Of a DNA stretch of 64,000 nt, positions 1-19,600 are shown piece after piece. The DNA comes from Auanema rhodensis. Lineage: Eukaryota; Animalia; Nematoda. The notes below the pieces were generated by a model. It was not told the DNA's origin and did not search any database. It was given only the letters and a program-made list of their open reading frames with translations. Every line of letters begins with the position of its first letter. Within the stretch, counting starts at the first letter, position 1. The stretch covers positions 8,742,001 through 8,806,000 of the forward strand of contig OZ059896.1 in assembly GCA_964057225.1 (NCBI GenBank), given 5' to 3'. A program made the translations under genes and the position numbers.

Positions 1-423
1 GTGATATGGTATAATTAGAACTTCGAAAAAGCTAAAATCTATATTTTTTCTGCTGTGAAAGTTGCCAATATTTCAAAACCTTGTTTCATACAGAAGAAAG
101 AAAGCTTTTATTGATATTTATCTTAGCAATAATATATGAGAAAGTAAGAAAAAGACATATGAGAGATTATGTTTCAAAATTTCTAGAATATTATCTGAAT
201 TTGAGAAAAACGTAAAAGTATTCGAATAATATTTTATACATAGCCATAGAAGTAGTAAAGAGCTTTCAAATTGCGTAATATACCCCACTTCTCCTGTAAC
301 AACTTACTAATAATAAATTGAAAATAATTGACATTCGACATGTTTATGAGTAATTTAGATATAAATTCATCTGAAAATTAACAAATATTTTCAAAATATT
401 CAGAAACAATTGAAATATTTTAG

Positions 424-1440
424 TGTACACCATATGCAAATGGAAGGGCTGTTGTATGTTCTAACTATTGTTGCTGTACAAAACCTCAGGCAACAACTCC
501 ACCAAATCTTGGAAATTTAGGTAATTTAAATGATTTTGTATTTTAAAACCTAACAGTTGACTGAAAATGTATACACTCATAATACTACATCAAATATATT
601 CAGCATTTTGTCACAATGGTCAAAGATCTAATGTTCGATGCAACTCAAATGCTGGATGTAGCACTGGACAGACGTGTATGAACGGATTATGCTGCTCAAC
701 TACTGGAAATGAATGGCAAGGTAGACAAAATTACAAAAAACTTATTCAACAACATATTGATAATGTTGGATTATCATTGACGAAGTAAAATCAAGCCAAC
801 GTTTGAAAATCTTAAGATAATGCATATAGTATGTATAATCCTACTTTTAATCCAAATACGTATATATGTGTGTAAACATTAGTAGATTTTATGTTATTAA
901 AAGATATCTTTAGCATGAATAATTCAAAATTTGAATCTAATTTTAGGAGCATGTGGAGGACTTGCAGCTTTATCCGTTTGTAATAGTAATTCTTGTGGAC
1001 AATATATCTGTTCAACATCAAATTTCTGCTGTGAATGCCAATATGGACGAACAAGTGGAATATGCACAAATGTATTTCAGATTTATATTTATTGATATAT
1101 AAGCTTTTATTTTCGAATTATGTTATGATAGAAAAGATATTGTTCAATATTTTACTTATTATTATTTTTTGCAGGGCTGTCCTTCGGGATATTCTTGTTC
1201 TAGCAACGGTTATTGCTGCCCATTCTGTCCAAACGGTAATTTGCTTTCATTTTTTTAATTTTTGAAAATATGCTTATACTTTAAAAATACCTAATTAAGT
1301 TTTTTTTTCTTGAAATTAGTATAAAAACAACAATCATTGTTTTTTCTATTGCAGGACAAGCTCCATTTGGAACATGCTATAACGGTCAATGTGCTGCGGG
1401 ATATACCTGTCGAGCAGGAAACATCTGTTGTAATTCATAA
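424..1440 (+). CDS. 3' part of a Cys-rich, probably extracellular protein built of six-Cys modules ending in CC (CC-domain/WR1-like nematode repeat protein); 5' end not identified
   Basis: GT-AG exons 424-520, 604-720, 947-1071, 1175-1235 and 1355-1440 join in frame (486 nt, TAA at 1438-1440). Translation: CTPYANGRAVVCSNYCCCTKPQATTPPNLGNLAFCHNGQRSNVRCNSNAGCSTGQTCMNGLCCSTTGNEWQGACGGLAALSVCNSNSCGQYICSTSNFCCECQYGRTSGICTNGCPSGYSCSSNGYCCPFCPNGQAPFGTCYNGQCAAGYTCRAGNICCNS. This has 29 Cys in 161 aa. AATAAA at 1439-1444 overlaps the stop. The family name is inferred from the Cys pattern. Confidence 0.85.
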
Positions 1441-2141
1441 TAAAATATAATAATTACATGTGATAAGAATGCATTGAAGCTTTATTACTAGTCTTTTACC
1501 TCTTTACGTCATGACTGATAATCATTTTTGGATACTTTTGTTTACTTCCGTTTATTGTATTATAAGAAAAATAATATTTTTATGTCAGTTGTAGCTGATT
1601 ATACGAGAAAATTGTAATAAATCTTATGATAACATTAATGTTTTTCATTCAATAACATATAATCTATTTCTTTCCATGCATAATGAAAGCTGAAGTAGAA
1701 AAATATTTCCTGTGGCTTCATCTAAAAATGGTTTTCACTTCTTTGTTTCGATTCGAATTCCCTTTTGATGAGATAAATAAAATATGAAAAGCAGATCAAC
1801 TGATTGTTATTACTTTATAAATTAGAATTTGATCATTTGAAAAAGAAAAAATAGTTATAATAGTTATACAGATGTATTCATATGTATCTAAGAGGAAATG
1901 TTCATTTACAGTTTATTCTTAGTTATTTTCAATGAAATAATAATTGATATCATTATTCCAAGAGCTTCAGCTCAAATTATATATTATATAATTTATAGAG
2001 AAATATCGATGACATCGTCTGTTATAGGCTGATGAAGAGGTGCCTTTTAAGTATGGATCCTATTGACGCACAAGTTTGATTAAGCAATTCTCTCTAACTT
2101 AATATTTCATAGTCTTTTTCATTAGATCTCTCTCTCTCTCT

Positions 2142-2204
2142 TTCTTCCTCTCTCTTACTCTTTCTCTCTCTCATTCTTCCTCTCTCTTACTCTTTCTCTC
2201 TCTC
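2142..2204. repeat. Two-copy 32-bp direct repeat inside a CT-rich tract
   Basis: ttcttcctctctcttactctttctctctctc occurs at 2142-2172 and 2174-2204. Confidence 0.8.
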
Positions 2205-2239
2205 TTTTTCTCTCTCAATTCTTTATTTCCAATCTTACC

Positions 2240-3160
2240 TCTTCCTTGCTCTCCTTTCACGCACCCTCAATCAATTTCAATCTCTATCTCTGTCTTCAGT
2301 TTCAGTTCTATGAAGCAATATTTCCATATATTGAAAGGAAGCTGAGAGCTAGAAATCGATTTGAGATGGAAACAGCAGCTGCTTGCTCAAAGCTTGTGTA
2401 CATGTATGCGTGTGTGTCGAAAGCGGGAGAAACGAAGGATTCACCACCCAGTCCCACGGATGGACGTCCAGACTTGCCCGAACAATTTTCTCTACCTCTC
2501 TGATTCCCTTTCCTATAGCTTTACGCACTCTCACTAATTCTGTGTTTTACTTTATTTCTCCCTCTCTCCCTCTCTCTCTCTCTCCTTCTCTCTCTCTCTC
2601 TCTCTCTACCCTCTTTTCCTCATTTCTTTCTCTCTATTCTTTTCTCTTCCTTGGCACAATTATGCAGGAGGCTTTGAAGTCCCCACTGTCCAGTAGTTGT
2701 CTTCTCCTTATTCCTATTCATTTTAGCCTCCCCTTTTCCACTCTATGTCCGCATTCCTGGTCCTCTCTTACTTTCCAGAGGCAGGCTCCTTCTCTAGCTC
2801 CATCTTGTTTTACTTCTATGTCTTTCACTCATTCCCACCCAGCGTACCACCTCTCATCTATTCGAGCTCACACCCTCTATCCTATGGCTCTCAAGAGAGA
2901 AAGCAGTTTTCAACGTATAAAGGGGGTATACTTTACTCAGAATCTCCTTTTTCTTGTGTTCGTTCTAGCACTGGCTAGACCACTCTCTATCTCTCTCTCT
3001 CCCTTTCTCTCTCTGCTCATTGTACTGGAAATATGGCATCACAATTCGAAGCTTCTCGTGGATGATTTCATAAACTTCAACTTAGTCTAGTACTACCCCT
3101 ACCTCCATGTATTCGATGCTGTTCGCTTTACGTACTGCTGTATTACCATTATTTCCAAAA
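2240..3160 (+). promoter_or_regulatory. GC-richer island bracketed by CT tracts; candidate distal promoter or enhancer upstream of jnk-1
   Basis: GC is visibly higher than in the flanks. CT microsatellites lie at about 2127-2215, 2560-2610 and 2985-3013. Donor-like sites follow at 3161/3162 and 3708/3709. Function is inferred. Confidence 0.35.
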
Positions 3161-4381
3161 GGTAATGCAAAATTGACATATGGATCATCTCAAATTTATT
3201 GAAATTAATATTAAAGCTTAATGATATTTCTCATTTTATCTGATATTATAACATTTTTTCCACATTCTAATATGCTTAACGAATATATTGAAATATTCTT
3301 CAAACTCATTTGAATCTGTTGTCTATTTAAACTTTCAAGCTGATTGTTTATATTCTCAAATTCTATAGAACTATTTAGTCAAAGTCATCAAAAGTCATGT
3401 TAGCTTTTTGGCAATCAGCTCGCGACTAAGTTTCCAATCCGTTACTTCCAACGCAAATCACGAGAGGACTAATCCAAAATTCACAAGATTCTCTTCAGAT
3501 GTACAATGACGATGATGACGAATGATCTGCGTCTTTCACAGAATGAACTCTATCTCTCTAGCTTTGAACATCGTTTGAGAAACTTCTTTTCGTTCCAATC
3601 ATTCATTCCTTCAAAGTATGAGGGAAATATTTAATTTGGTATATATGCCACTGACATCATTGGAATTTATTTTAATTTCAGCTAGCTCTTTCATATATAT
3701 GAAACAAGGTATATCCTTGTCATATAATTGATTTTTTTTTGTTATTTCTTCTTCTTTTCATGTTATATGTATCTTGCGTTCATTTGTCCTTCTATTTTCG
3801 GAATATGTAAACATCTATTCCACTACTGCTTGTAGCCGTCTTCAAATGGCATAATGCTGTTTTTCTATTCAAAATGCTTATACATCAAGACAAAAAAAGA
3901 GAGAATTACACAAAATATTACTAAAAGTGAAGAGAAAAGAAAAATGAATGACGGAAGCTACAATATGAAGAAACATCATATTGCTATGCTAAGAGGAGAT
4001 GCTATCAATCTTTATCCTAGATGTAGTAAAGAGTACTGACCTAAAATATTGCCATTTTTTTTTCTGAACCATTGATTTCAGAGCAAAAAAAGAGACGTTT
4101 TTCTTTCTTTTTAGAGTTTTTTTTGTTTAGTTCACAATAAATACTTAGTCTCTTCATCTTATAATCTGCTTCTATTTTTCATTTTCCTTATTTGGCAACA
4201 AAGTTTGTTTGATTTCCTTCTCATTCAGTTTCCGACTCATCTCGTGTTTCTTTTCGTCTCTGTATTATCTTTTCCTCACTTCTAATATATTTTTTTCATA
4301 TTACGTGCTATTTCATGTGATATATTATGAAAAGCTTATTCCTTCCGACGTATGTATGTTCTTATAAATCGGTTTTTTTGG

Positions 4382-4413
<32 letters not shown>

Positions 4414-7400
4414 TCTCTCTTTCTCTTTCTCTCTTTCTATTTCTCTGTGTATTTCTTTTGTCTTCCTAAATTATCGTATTTGCACAAATTTAGCCCAAAA
4501 AACTTTCTACACAATATTTAGCTTTGAAAACAAATCATTCTCTATTTAAATTCACATCGTTTACTGATTTTATTTTTTAAAATGTAGTAGTTTGTCCTTT
4601 TCATATGTATGAGTACCAAATGTATTTGTGAACTTATTTTAAATTCAAATTCAATACAATAAGACGACGTCATTTCTTGAGATCTTTTTTTAATCCTTTT
4701 CCTTTTAATTTTCTTTTAATTTGCATCATTTCCATATTTTACTTATTCGATCATCCAAAGAATTGAATAATAATATAATACAAAAAATTATCATATTAAT
4801 ATAGTTATTTAAATTTTGTTTATGAGATTTTCATTTTCTAAGGATTTCTAACATATTCACAACATCCTATGTATGTAAAATTCTTTTGTTTCCAAAAAAA
4901 AACACATACACAATGAAGAGTAGAAAACGAAAAATAAATTCCTGGAGGTATTCAAGGAAATTTCAACATAATTTAATGGAACAGAAGATTTAGAAGTATC
5001 ACCCTGATCCGTTAGATTGGTAGGAGATTAACAGGGAGACTAGAAGGTAACGGAAAAGGAAACATAATTCAGCCAAGCAGATTCGGTGTCTTTTACCTTA
5101 TTAGTTGACGTTGGTGTTATTGCAACTTCAAGTTCAAAATGGTTGTTCGTTTATAACATTTTGTTCTATTCTATTGCAACTTTATTATTCAAATTATGTT
5201 TATTTTAAATTAATATATGAATATATATATGTATATATTTATATAATATGTACTATAATTTGTATATAAATATTATATTTACATACATATATATACATAC
5301 ATACATATGTATATTTTATAAATATTAATTCATTATACTTATAATACTTTAAATTATAATATATGAATATCCCTATATTCAAATGTAATGCTACTAATCA
5401 TTCATGTTTCAACATCATCATCATCATCATCATCAGCATCTTGAAGGATTTTCTTCTTAAAAGTATTTTTTCTATTTTGTACTTCTTCATGACATCACTC
5501 TATGTCATTCTTTCATCAGTAAAATAACTTCAAATAATTATAAAATAAGAAATATATATATTTAGAATAGAAATTATGAATTTATATTTTACATATAAAT
5601 CTATATTATATACTATGTATATAGTTAGACAATATAAATATATATTTAATATTTAATTAATACTGAAAAGATAGAAGGGAGTTTTCGTATAATATTTAAT
5701 AAATAATTCAAATTCTTAATTCAATGTTATATCTTAAGAATAAAAAAAGTTAGGATTCAAACTAAAACAACCACAAAACCCTCTTTTCTTATTTATTATA
5801 TGTATATGTATATATTATATTTATATATTTTATTCTCATCATTTTCGCATGATTTTTCCTTTTAAACCTGCTCTAATGAACATGCGCATAAGCTTGTAAT
5901 ACAGAAAATTATCGAAGGTTTTCAATTAATCAACTTTAGTTATATGAAGCCTTTCAGCTTCACCTGCATATATTGGGATAATCTTTTTGATCAAGCATAA
6001 GAGCAAAGATCAATAGCATGTAACGTAGTAATGTTTATAAAATTCTTCTAATCTTCTTATTTGTTCTATATATAATTAAATATTATATAAAAGTATAAAT
6101 GTGTATACGTATTTTATAAAATTTATTTTATTCTCGTTTTTTCCAAAGTTTTGCAAGACGAGAAATTTCTTCAACTTACTAGATGTGATGTGCAGGAAAG
6201 ATGAGAACATGTTAAATGAAATGAGTAGGTGGGAAATCAATTTAAGGATAGCATTTACTCTTCTATCTATACTTCTTTGTATAAAATATTTAATTCTCTT
6301 TCTATTTTCTTATCTTTTCATGTATGGAAAAAAAATTAGACCTTTTATGCTTAAATTCGTTGGTAAAGCTCGAATTTCAAAGTTGCGGATTTGGATGCCC
6401 TATTGCTTCAACAAGAATGTGCATAGAAATAGCTTCCGTTCTAAAATCTCAACATTTTCATTTTGTTGAACTTATTTTCACCTATTCAATAGAAAGTATA
6501 CTCTATACACATAAGCATATGATATAGTATATTGCTTAGAATAGTATTTCATTGATTTCTATTCATTCATCGTATATTTTCATATATTTTTTCCCATTAA
6601 AATAGCCGCCTTATTTCAGTAAACCAGGTTTTTTTCAATTAAAAATGATCGTTTTCGTCATTTTGATACAATTATATTGAGTATTTTTGAAATTGTGTAA
6701 ATGAGGTTAATTCCATGTATTTTAATGATACTGCTTATTTAATTGAAAACATGATTAGAATTGTTCTCAAATTCAACTCTATACATATAGTATTACATTT
6801 TTTTTGTTGGAAATATCAAATAGGCTACTACTGCTTATAAATTTGTAATTTTTCTTTTTTTTTATTCTATATATCATGGATGTTGCATAAAATGATTAGC
6901 CATATTTCAAGATGTTCTCAGCTTTTACTTGACATTTTCTCCCAATCTGCGAATGTGTCATCTGGTGCCCCAGATATCCTACTCTCTCTCTCGCTCTCTT
7001 TCTATATATCTTTCTATCTCTCTTTCTCTCTCGATACATAAATACGCATCTATCAATTCATTTGATTCTCTAATGCTCGTTTTCCTCTCTTCATTCACTT
7101 TTACTCGAAACGCAAGATCATTGTTAGTGAGATAGAGGGTGGTCGCATCACAATTCAAATGAAGAATGAAGGCTTACAAGCCTAATAAGGCTGTGAGCTA
7201 CTGCTATTTGACCCTATTAGATCAGCAAATGAACGTTAACCTCCTTCTCTGCATTTCCCTCTTCCACCTCTTATGAGTTGTTGTCGTTCAATAGATTATA
7301 TGAATTTATAAATATAACACGCAATACCCCATATCTATAGTTTTTTTTGAAACTATGAATTTGCAGGATGAATGTTTTGCATACTTTTTTTATTTTAAAT

Positions 7401-8238
7401 GTGTTTGTATGTAATGTGAAATTCATTTTGCCTAAGCTTTGTGTTACGAAGTCAATTTTACCTATTTAAGAAGAAGAAGAAGAAGAAAAAAAATGAAATA
7501 ACATATGTATTTCATTGTTAATTGATACGAAAGCTTATAACACTAAATAAAAAATAAAACATTTTTTATTTGACATTCCTTGCCCCATTGTTCCGACTTC
7601 CGAATTTACGTATAGAGTTATGATCTTTCAGATGCAATTTGAATTTTGTATATTTAATTTTACTTAGTCTCAAAACGAAAATACAATTTGTGGATACTAA
7701 TATTCACAAAATTATAATATTTTCTTCAATTTATCCGTCTCTAGTATCGTTATCCCTCTCTGATGATATACATACGTTATACTTCCTGATATTTGTGTCC
7801 ATCTGGAGATTGGGCCTGCCAATTGCATCAATTTGCTAAAGAAAAAAAAGGAAATGAGATCTAATCTTCAACCGAGTCCATCAATTTAAAATATTATTTT
7901 ATAATATTTAAAATATATGAAAACTAATAACTAATAATATTTATTATTTGAAAGACAATTTTTTTTGACTTCCAGCTACGTGGATATGATATAGAAAAAT
8001 AAATATAAGCTTATTTAGCATAAATATTATAATTTATATTATTATATTTATATAATATAATATTTATATATTTATTTTAAGTCATATAAAATCTTTTTTT
8101 TTACCTTTTTATAATAATATCTAAATTATATACTCATACATTCATTCATTTTAGAAAAAAAATCTCGCGTTTGACTTATAAATATATTCACATACATATA
8201 ATATATAATTAGTTACTTGTATGAGCATTTTTTAAAGT

Positions 8239-8276
<38 letters not shown>

Positions 8277-10269
8277 CGTGCCAAGTTATAAAGTTTTAAT
8301 CAAACCCTTTTGAATCTTTCACGCTGGTATCGTTGGCCTTCCCTTTCATTCTAATTATATTAGGAAAATATTAATTTCATATAGAGTAGGTACTCGTTTA
8401 CACTGATATATCAAAGATTAAATCTTATTTATAAATTTGTTTTGTAATGAAATGTGAATGAAGTGAATCGGAATCTCTCATATTCTAAGCATTAGAATTA
8501 GATATTCTTATATAGTAAAAGTCACAAAAGAGTCAACTACTTATGATGTTTCTGTTTCACGTATTTTCTATTATTTGTTTTTTTTATTTTTATAATGTGT
8601 AGAACATATTTATACAACAAGAATTGCAAAAGACTATGTATTTCTCATCAACTTCGCTATCAAACATTTCCTTTTTTGCTCTTCTTGCATCAGCAGCTAT
8701 TCTTAAATATATTCAAATGCTGCTCATCGGTTTCATCCTTTTTAGTTTTATAATGATGCTTAATCGAAATTTCTTGATCAACTGTTTCTTTTGATGTACG
8801 TCTTTCGTTTTCCTTTATATCCTGTCGTACTTTCAATGTCGTTTTGTTTCAATCATTTCTCTGTACGTCTTTCTATTTTCGAATAAAGAAGTAGGTTTTT
8901 GCTGTTGAATTTTGATCCTTAGTTGCCCCGTGCGACTCTTACTTACTTTTCCTTCTCTTCTCCTTCCTTTGCATATCTCGTCGCATATTTTCGCACATTC
9001 AATCCAGCTTTTCAATTTTTTTTATCTAGATTCTCTTAAATGTTCCAACGTACTTTTCAGAACTTTTTCATTAAAGAATTATATGAGATTCTGTTCACAA
9101 TTCACATAATTTTTCCTCATATTGCCTAGAAATTCACATATTAAGGGAACATTTTTTCGCAATCGATCTGTTATTATGTTCTATCCTACCCTTTTTTTCT
9201 GTAGCTCAACTTTTCTTTCATTTCAATAAAAAATATGAAGTAGTCGTTAGTGCATAACATTACTTCTGATCACATATTGTACCCCCCACCCCCCCCAAAA
9301 AAAAAAAAGAATTCAAGCTTTTCTTAAAAAAGCTTTTTTAAATATAATTTACATATACAATATATATAGTTATATATGTATTTTTTACTTTTCTTTCAAT
9401 TAAATTTATTTTTTTTCTGCTTCACAATATGTACAGCAAGTTCATTCGTTTTTCAAGTTTACAAGTTGCTCAAAAAAGAGTTTCTTACTAGTTGTATTTG
9501 ATTGTTCAAATATAACATCAACTTTATTTCGTTATTGCTCGCCTATCTTGTTTTTTGGTCAGAACATTGTTGATAAAATCACATTCAAGGCGCAATTCAC
9601 AAGCTGAAATGTGCAAATTTTATTTTAAAAGTTTTTCGAAAATCTTTAACTTTATACTTTACTTTTTTATAATTATACATAAATATATATATATATATAT
9701 ATGTGAATGATTTTGTATTCATTACAATTATATATAATATTTTAAGATTCTATATACATTTTTGACGATGTGATATATAAATGACAGGAAACATACATAG
9801 TATACTCAAATTCAAAACAAATAACGAAAAACCTCTTAATCTTTTTGAAAAGAATTCTTATGATCACCGTAAGCTCTTTGTTGCATATTGTTTAAAACTT
9901 CCATTCTTTGGTTCTCATTTCTATATTTGTTTTTTCCCTAATTCAATTCAACTTAAGTCTGAGAAATCTTAAAGTTTTTTTTGTCATTGTCTTTAAGTCA
10001 GCTACATCTTGATTGAAATTTGTTTTTATACTTTCTTAAGATACTACATATGGGAATATATTAAACCTTTATCTTTTTCGCTTTTGTTTTCTTCTTATGT
10101 TCTTCTCTTTCTTTTTTCTATTTGTATTTTATATGAATACAGAATTGTCAATACATTTCAGGAAACATTTATCTAGTAAACTGTTTGTATATTTCAAATT
10201 TTCAAGGAAAAGTTTGTTCATTGAACAACTTTAATTCGGATTCACGGCTCCGGCAATCAACTAGAGAAC

Positions 10270-16350
<6,081 letters not shown>

Positions 16351-16654
16351 AATAAAGACTTGGTGTCATATACTCTTCCAACAGTTATATTCATTCCTGT
16401 TCATCACTAAATAGTCTTTCATCTGGGTTTTCTAAAACCAAGCTCAGCTCTGCTGGTTGCACCATCAGACATATTTTCTCGTCTTCTGCTCACAGTAGCA
16501 TTCTCAATTTGCGAAATCCATGTGCCTTCAAAATGTATACAGTATCAAAAAAATCTCATCTGTTACGTTTGTGTCAGCTAGTTAACTTATTACTAGTCTT
16601 TATTTGATTCCTAGTCCATTTATATCTTGACATTCTTACAATGAATTGAATAAA
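16351..16654 (+). other. jnk-1 3' UTR with two AATAAA signals
   Basis: AATAAA at 16351-16356, immediately after the stop, and at 16649-16654. Confidence 0.55.
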
Positions 16655-19600
16655 TTCTCTAAAACTTTGATTTCTGTTAGTGCAGACAACTTCTCATCCA
16701 AATGCATTCTCAAATTTTGTGTATGTATAAATTATTCATAATAGGAAGAAAAAGCTTTATTATAATATGACTACGTTTGATCCAATTTCTTGTGATATTT
16801 GTGTTATTAATAATTGTGCAAAAGTAAAAACGTGATAATTAATTTTCGTTCTTTCGTTTAAAATGTAGAGTGTCGTTTGAAAAGCTGGGGGAATAATTAT
16901 CGTCAGAGCATTGTGATAAAAGAAATTCGAAGCACTTATCTTTAAAAATTCGAAAGTATTTTCTATTTTTATCACTAATAAGTATTGAAATATTTAAACT
17001 TTTGTACTCTGAAATTCAGTTCATACTAAGAACAAGATAACTAGTTAAAGAACTAGGCTAATAAGTTATAATTATTTTTATATACATATATAGCAAAATA
17101 TGAATTTTTGACAAAAATTGATTTTCGTTTTGATAACTTATTCTGATCCCCCATTTTTCTTTTAATGTCTAATAATTATGATAATGAATAAGTCTCTTTA
17201 TTCATCTCCTTGTTTTTCAATTTCTGATACTTTATCAAGGTCCCATGCTGATGATACTTCAAGACAATCATCTAAATCAGAAGAATAAAATGATGAAATA
17301 GAACAAAACGCTCATCAATCATGTCATTTATCCTATTTCCTCTCTCATGTCATTCATATCTACTCGTTCCTCTTCCATCTTTCTTATAAAAGTAGTTGGC
17401 TTCATATGGTGAGTTTAAGATTAATGGCAAAAAGCTTAAATGGTCTAAAGCTTACTTACAATATCTTCATCATATTCAGAATGCACAAGTCATTAGTATG
17501 AGTCAATGCTGAAGAATTTATTTTTAATAGAAACAAACATACATGTCCCATTCTATATATATTTTTCTTAAAAAGATCATGATGTAATATTTATATTTAT
17601 AAATATAATAAATATGAAAAGAATATAAAATATAGTTAGATATGAATAAAAATACTTCCATTTATAGTCAGCGGCTTATTTATCAAAGAAATTATAGTAT
17701 ACTTTAAGGTCGTTATCAAGTTGTTTTATGATATATACAAGTTATATAATATGTATATATGTAGAGGATCAGTATAAAATATCTTTGATCCACCTAAATC
17801 AGACATCTTTTTATTCAAAAGTATCATAAATGAACTTTAACATATACTACTATATATGCATATTTTATACAAATAGTATATATTTATATAAATATTACTT
17901 AATATTATATTTAAACTTACAGCATTGTTTTATACAGAAATATACTACAGTATGCAACTGGCTATGCTGGCAACTAACTTGAATTCTATTTTGAGAAAAG
18001 GTTAATTATTGACTTTAATTGTGAGTATTTCCCTCAAAAACTTTATTTCTTTATCGTCATCTTTCTTTTCTTTGTGCTGATGGATCAGAGTGATAGTTAT
18101 CGTCAGGCTGTCGGTTGATTCAAGCACGATAGAAGTCATAAATCAGTTGGCCAACGATCGCTTTGCACGACTTCTGGCGTTGAGATCAGCATTCCCATAG
18201 TCATACATCATCTGACTGAATTACATTCCAGATGACAAAGAGAGACGACGTCAGGCTGTTTTCAGAAGCTATTTAGAAACTTTTGTTCAGCAGGTCGCTA
18301 ACGTCGGCACATCACTTTAGTGATTTCACGGATCAATATCTGTATCTGAAATGTCTTCTTTTTAGAAACAAAAAAACACAAATGAAACTTTAAATATATG
18401 TTATAAATCAGACAATAATTTAAATGTTTTTCTATGTTTCCAGTTTATATAGGCCTCTTGTTAAGATATATGACTTCTATTATTTGTGTATATATTCTCT
18501 CAAAGAACTTTCTTACTTGAACTGTAGATATTTTTATATATTTTCTCTACTCTACACATACATACATAAATTTCTTTTCTTATTTTTTTGAAAAACCCCT
18601 TGAGTATCTCCGAAACAATACAATAAAGTTAAATAAGAAGAAGAAGGGTGGTTTGAAAGGAGAAGTGAAGCGACGGGACCAGGTGGTCTAACGCCTAATT
18701 CAAACTGACACATCGCAGCTGAACTGTCTTTCATCTTACCGCCAATAAACAATTTCTTTACCTCGTTTTCTGGTCAGAAGTACTTCCGAATACTTTCCAT
18801 TTCATAGTGATCAAAAAAAGTTCTAAATGCTGATTGATTTATAATATAATTCAATAATACGAATGAATATGTGTATAAAATTAATTTTACACATACATAA
18901 TAGATGTATAATTTTATTTATTTTATTCAAAATTGTATATCTTTTCTCAATTATTTTGTTGTTGGACAGGTGTAAACCTCATATATGTATTGGAATATTA
19001 AGATCGTTCCATAACAATATCAGAAGTCTTCAGAAGCTTCGTCGACGTCATTCATCTGTAACGTACATCTGATTGATGACTTTTCACGCTCATAATCTTG
19101 CTTTTCAATCGAAAAAATCTTGGTTCAATAAGTTAAAATCTGTTCGTTTTACGTCCTCTAAAAGAACCTGGATCAGTTAGAAAATCTATGTGAACATTCT
19201 TATATTTCTGTAACCTTTCGTTACATCTCTTTTTCTATAACTATTTAGACTTTTGTCATCCATATTTCCAGGTTTTCTTATCTATGCTGGTCAACAGCAT
19301 AATTAATCATGCTATGTAGCTTAACGATTCAGTTTTCTTTTTTCTTCTTAGAAGTATCCGATGATGATCATCATATACGACAAAATGTTCTTCTAACTTG
19401 TCAACATAGAAAGATTTGAAATTAATCATTTTTGCGCAATTATATTTTTTTTTAACTTATAATTTCAAAAAACAAAGATTGAAATTGAATAGTTTAGAGA
19501 ATAAACTTAACTATACTCCCTCTACCCTCCTAGTTATTCGTGTACATATGTAGGTTATTAAAGCTGATCATGGAAGATAGATGAGAAGATGATGAGACTG

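Noticed and set aside
2383-3090. 235-aa ORF, and similar ORFs at 4327-4549, 6929-7135 and 11022-11591
   Set aside because: They are driven by CT/GA low-complexity tracts (SLSLSL, RERE), with no domain or splice support.
18552-18770. Minus-strand EVKKLFIGG resembling an RRM RNP2 motif (hnRNP A/Musashi)
   Set aside because: There is an in-frame stop a few codons upstream, and I found no RNP1 or other RRM exon; likely chance.
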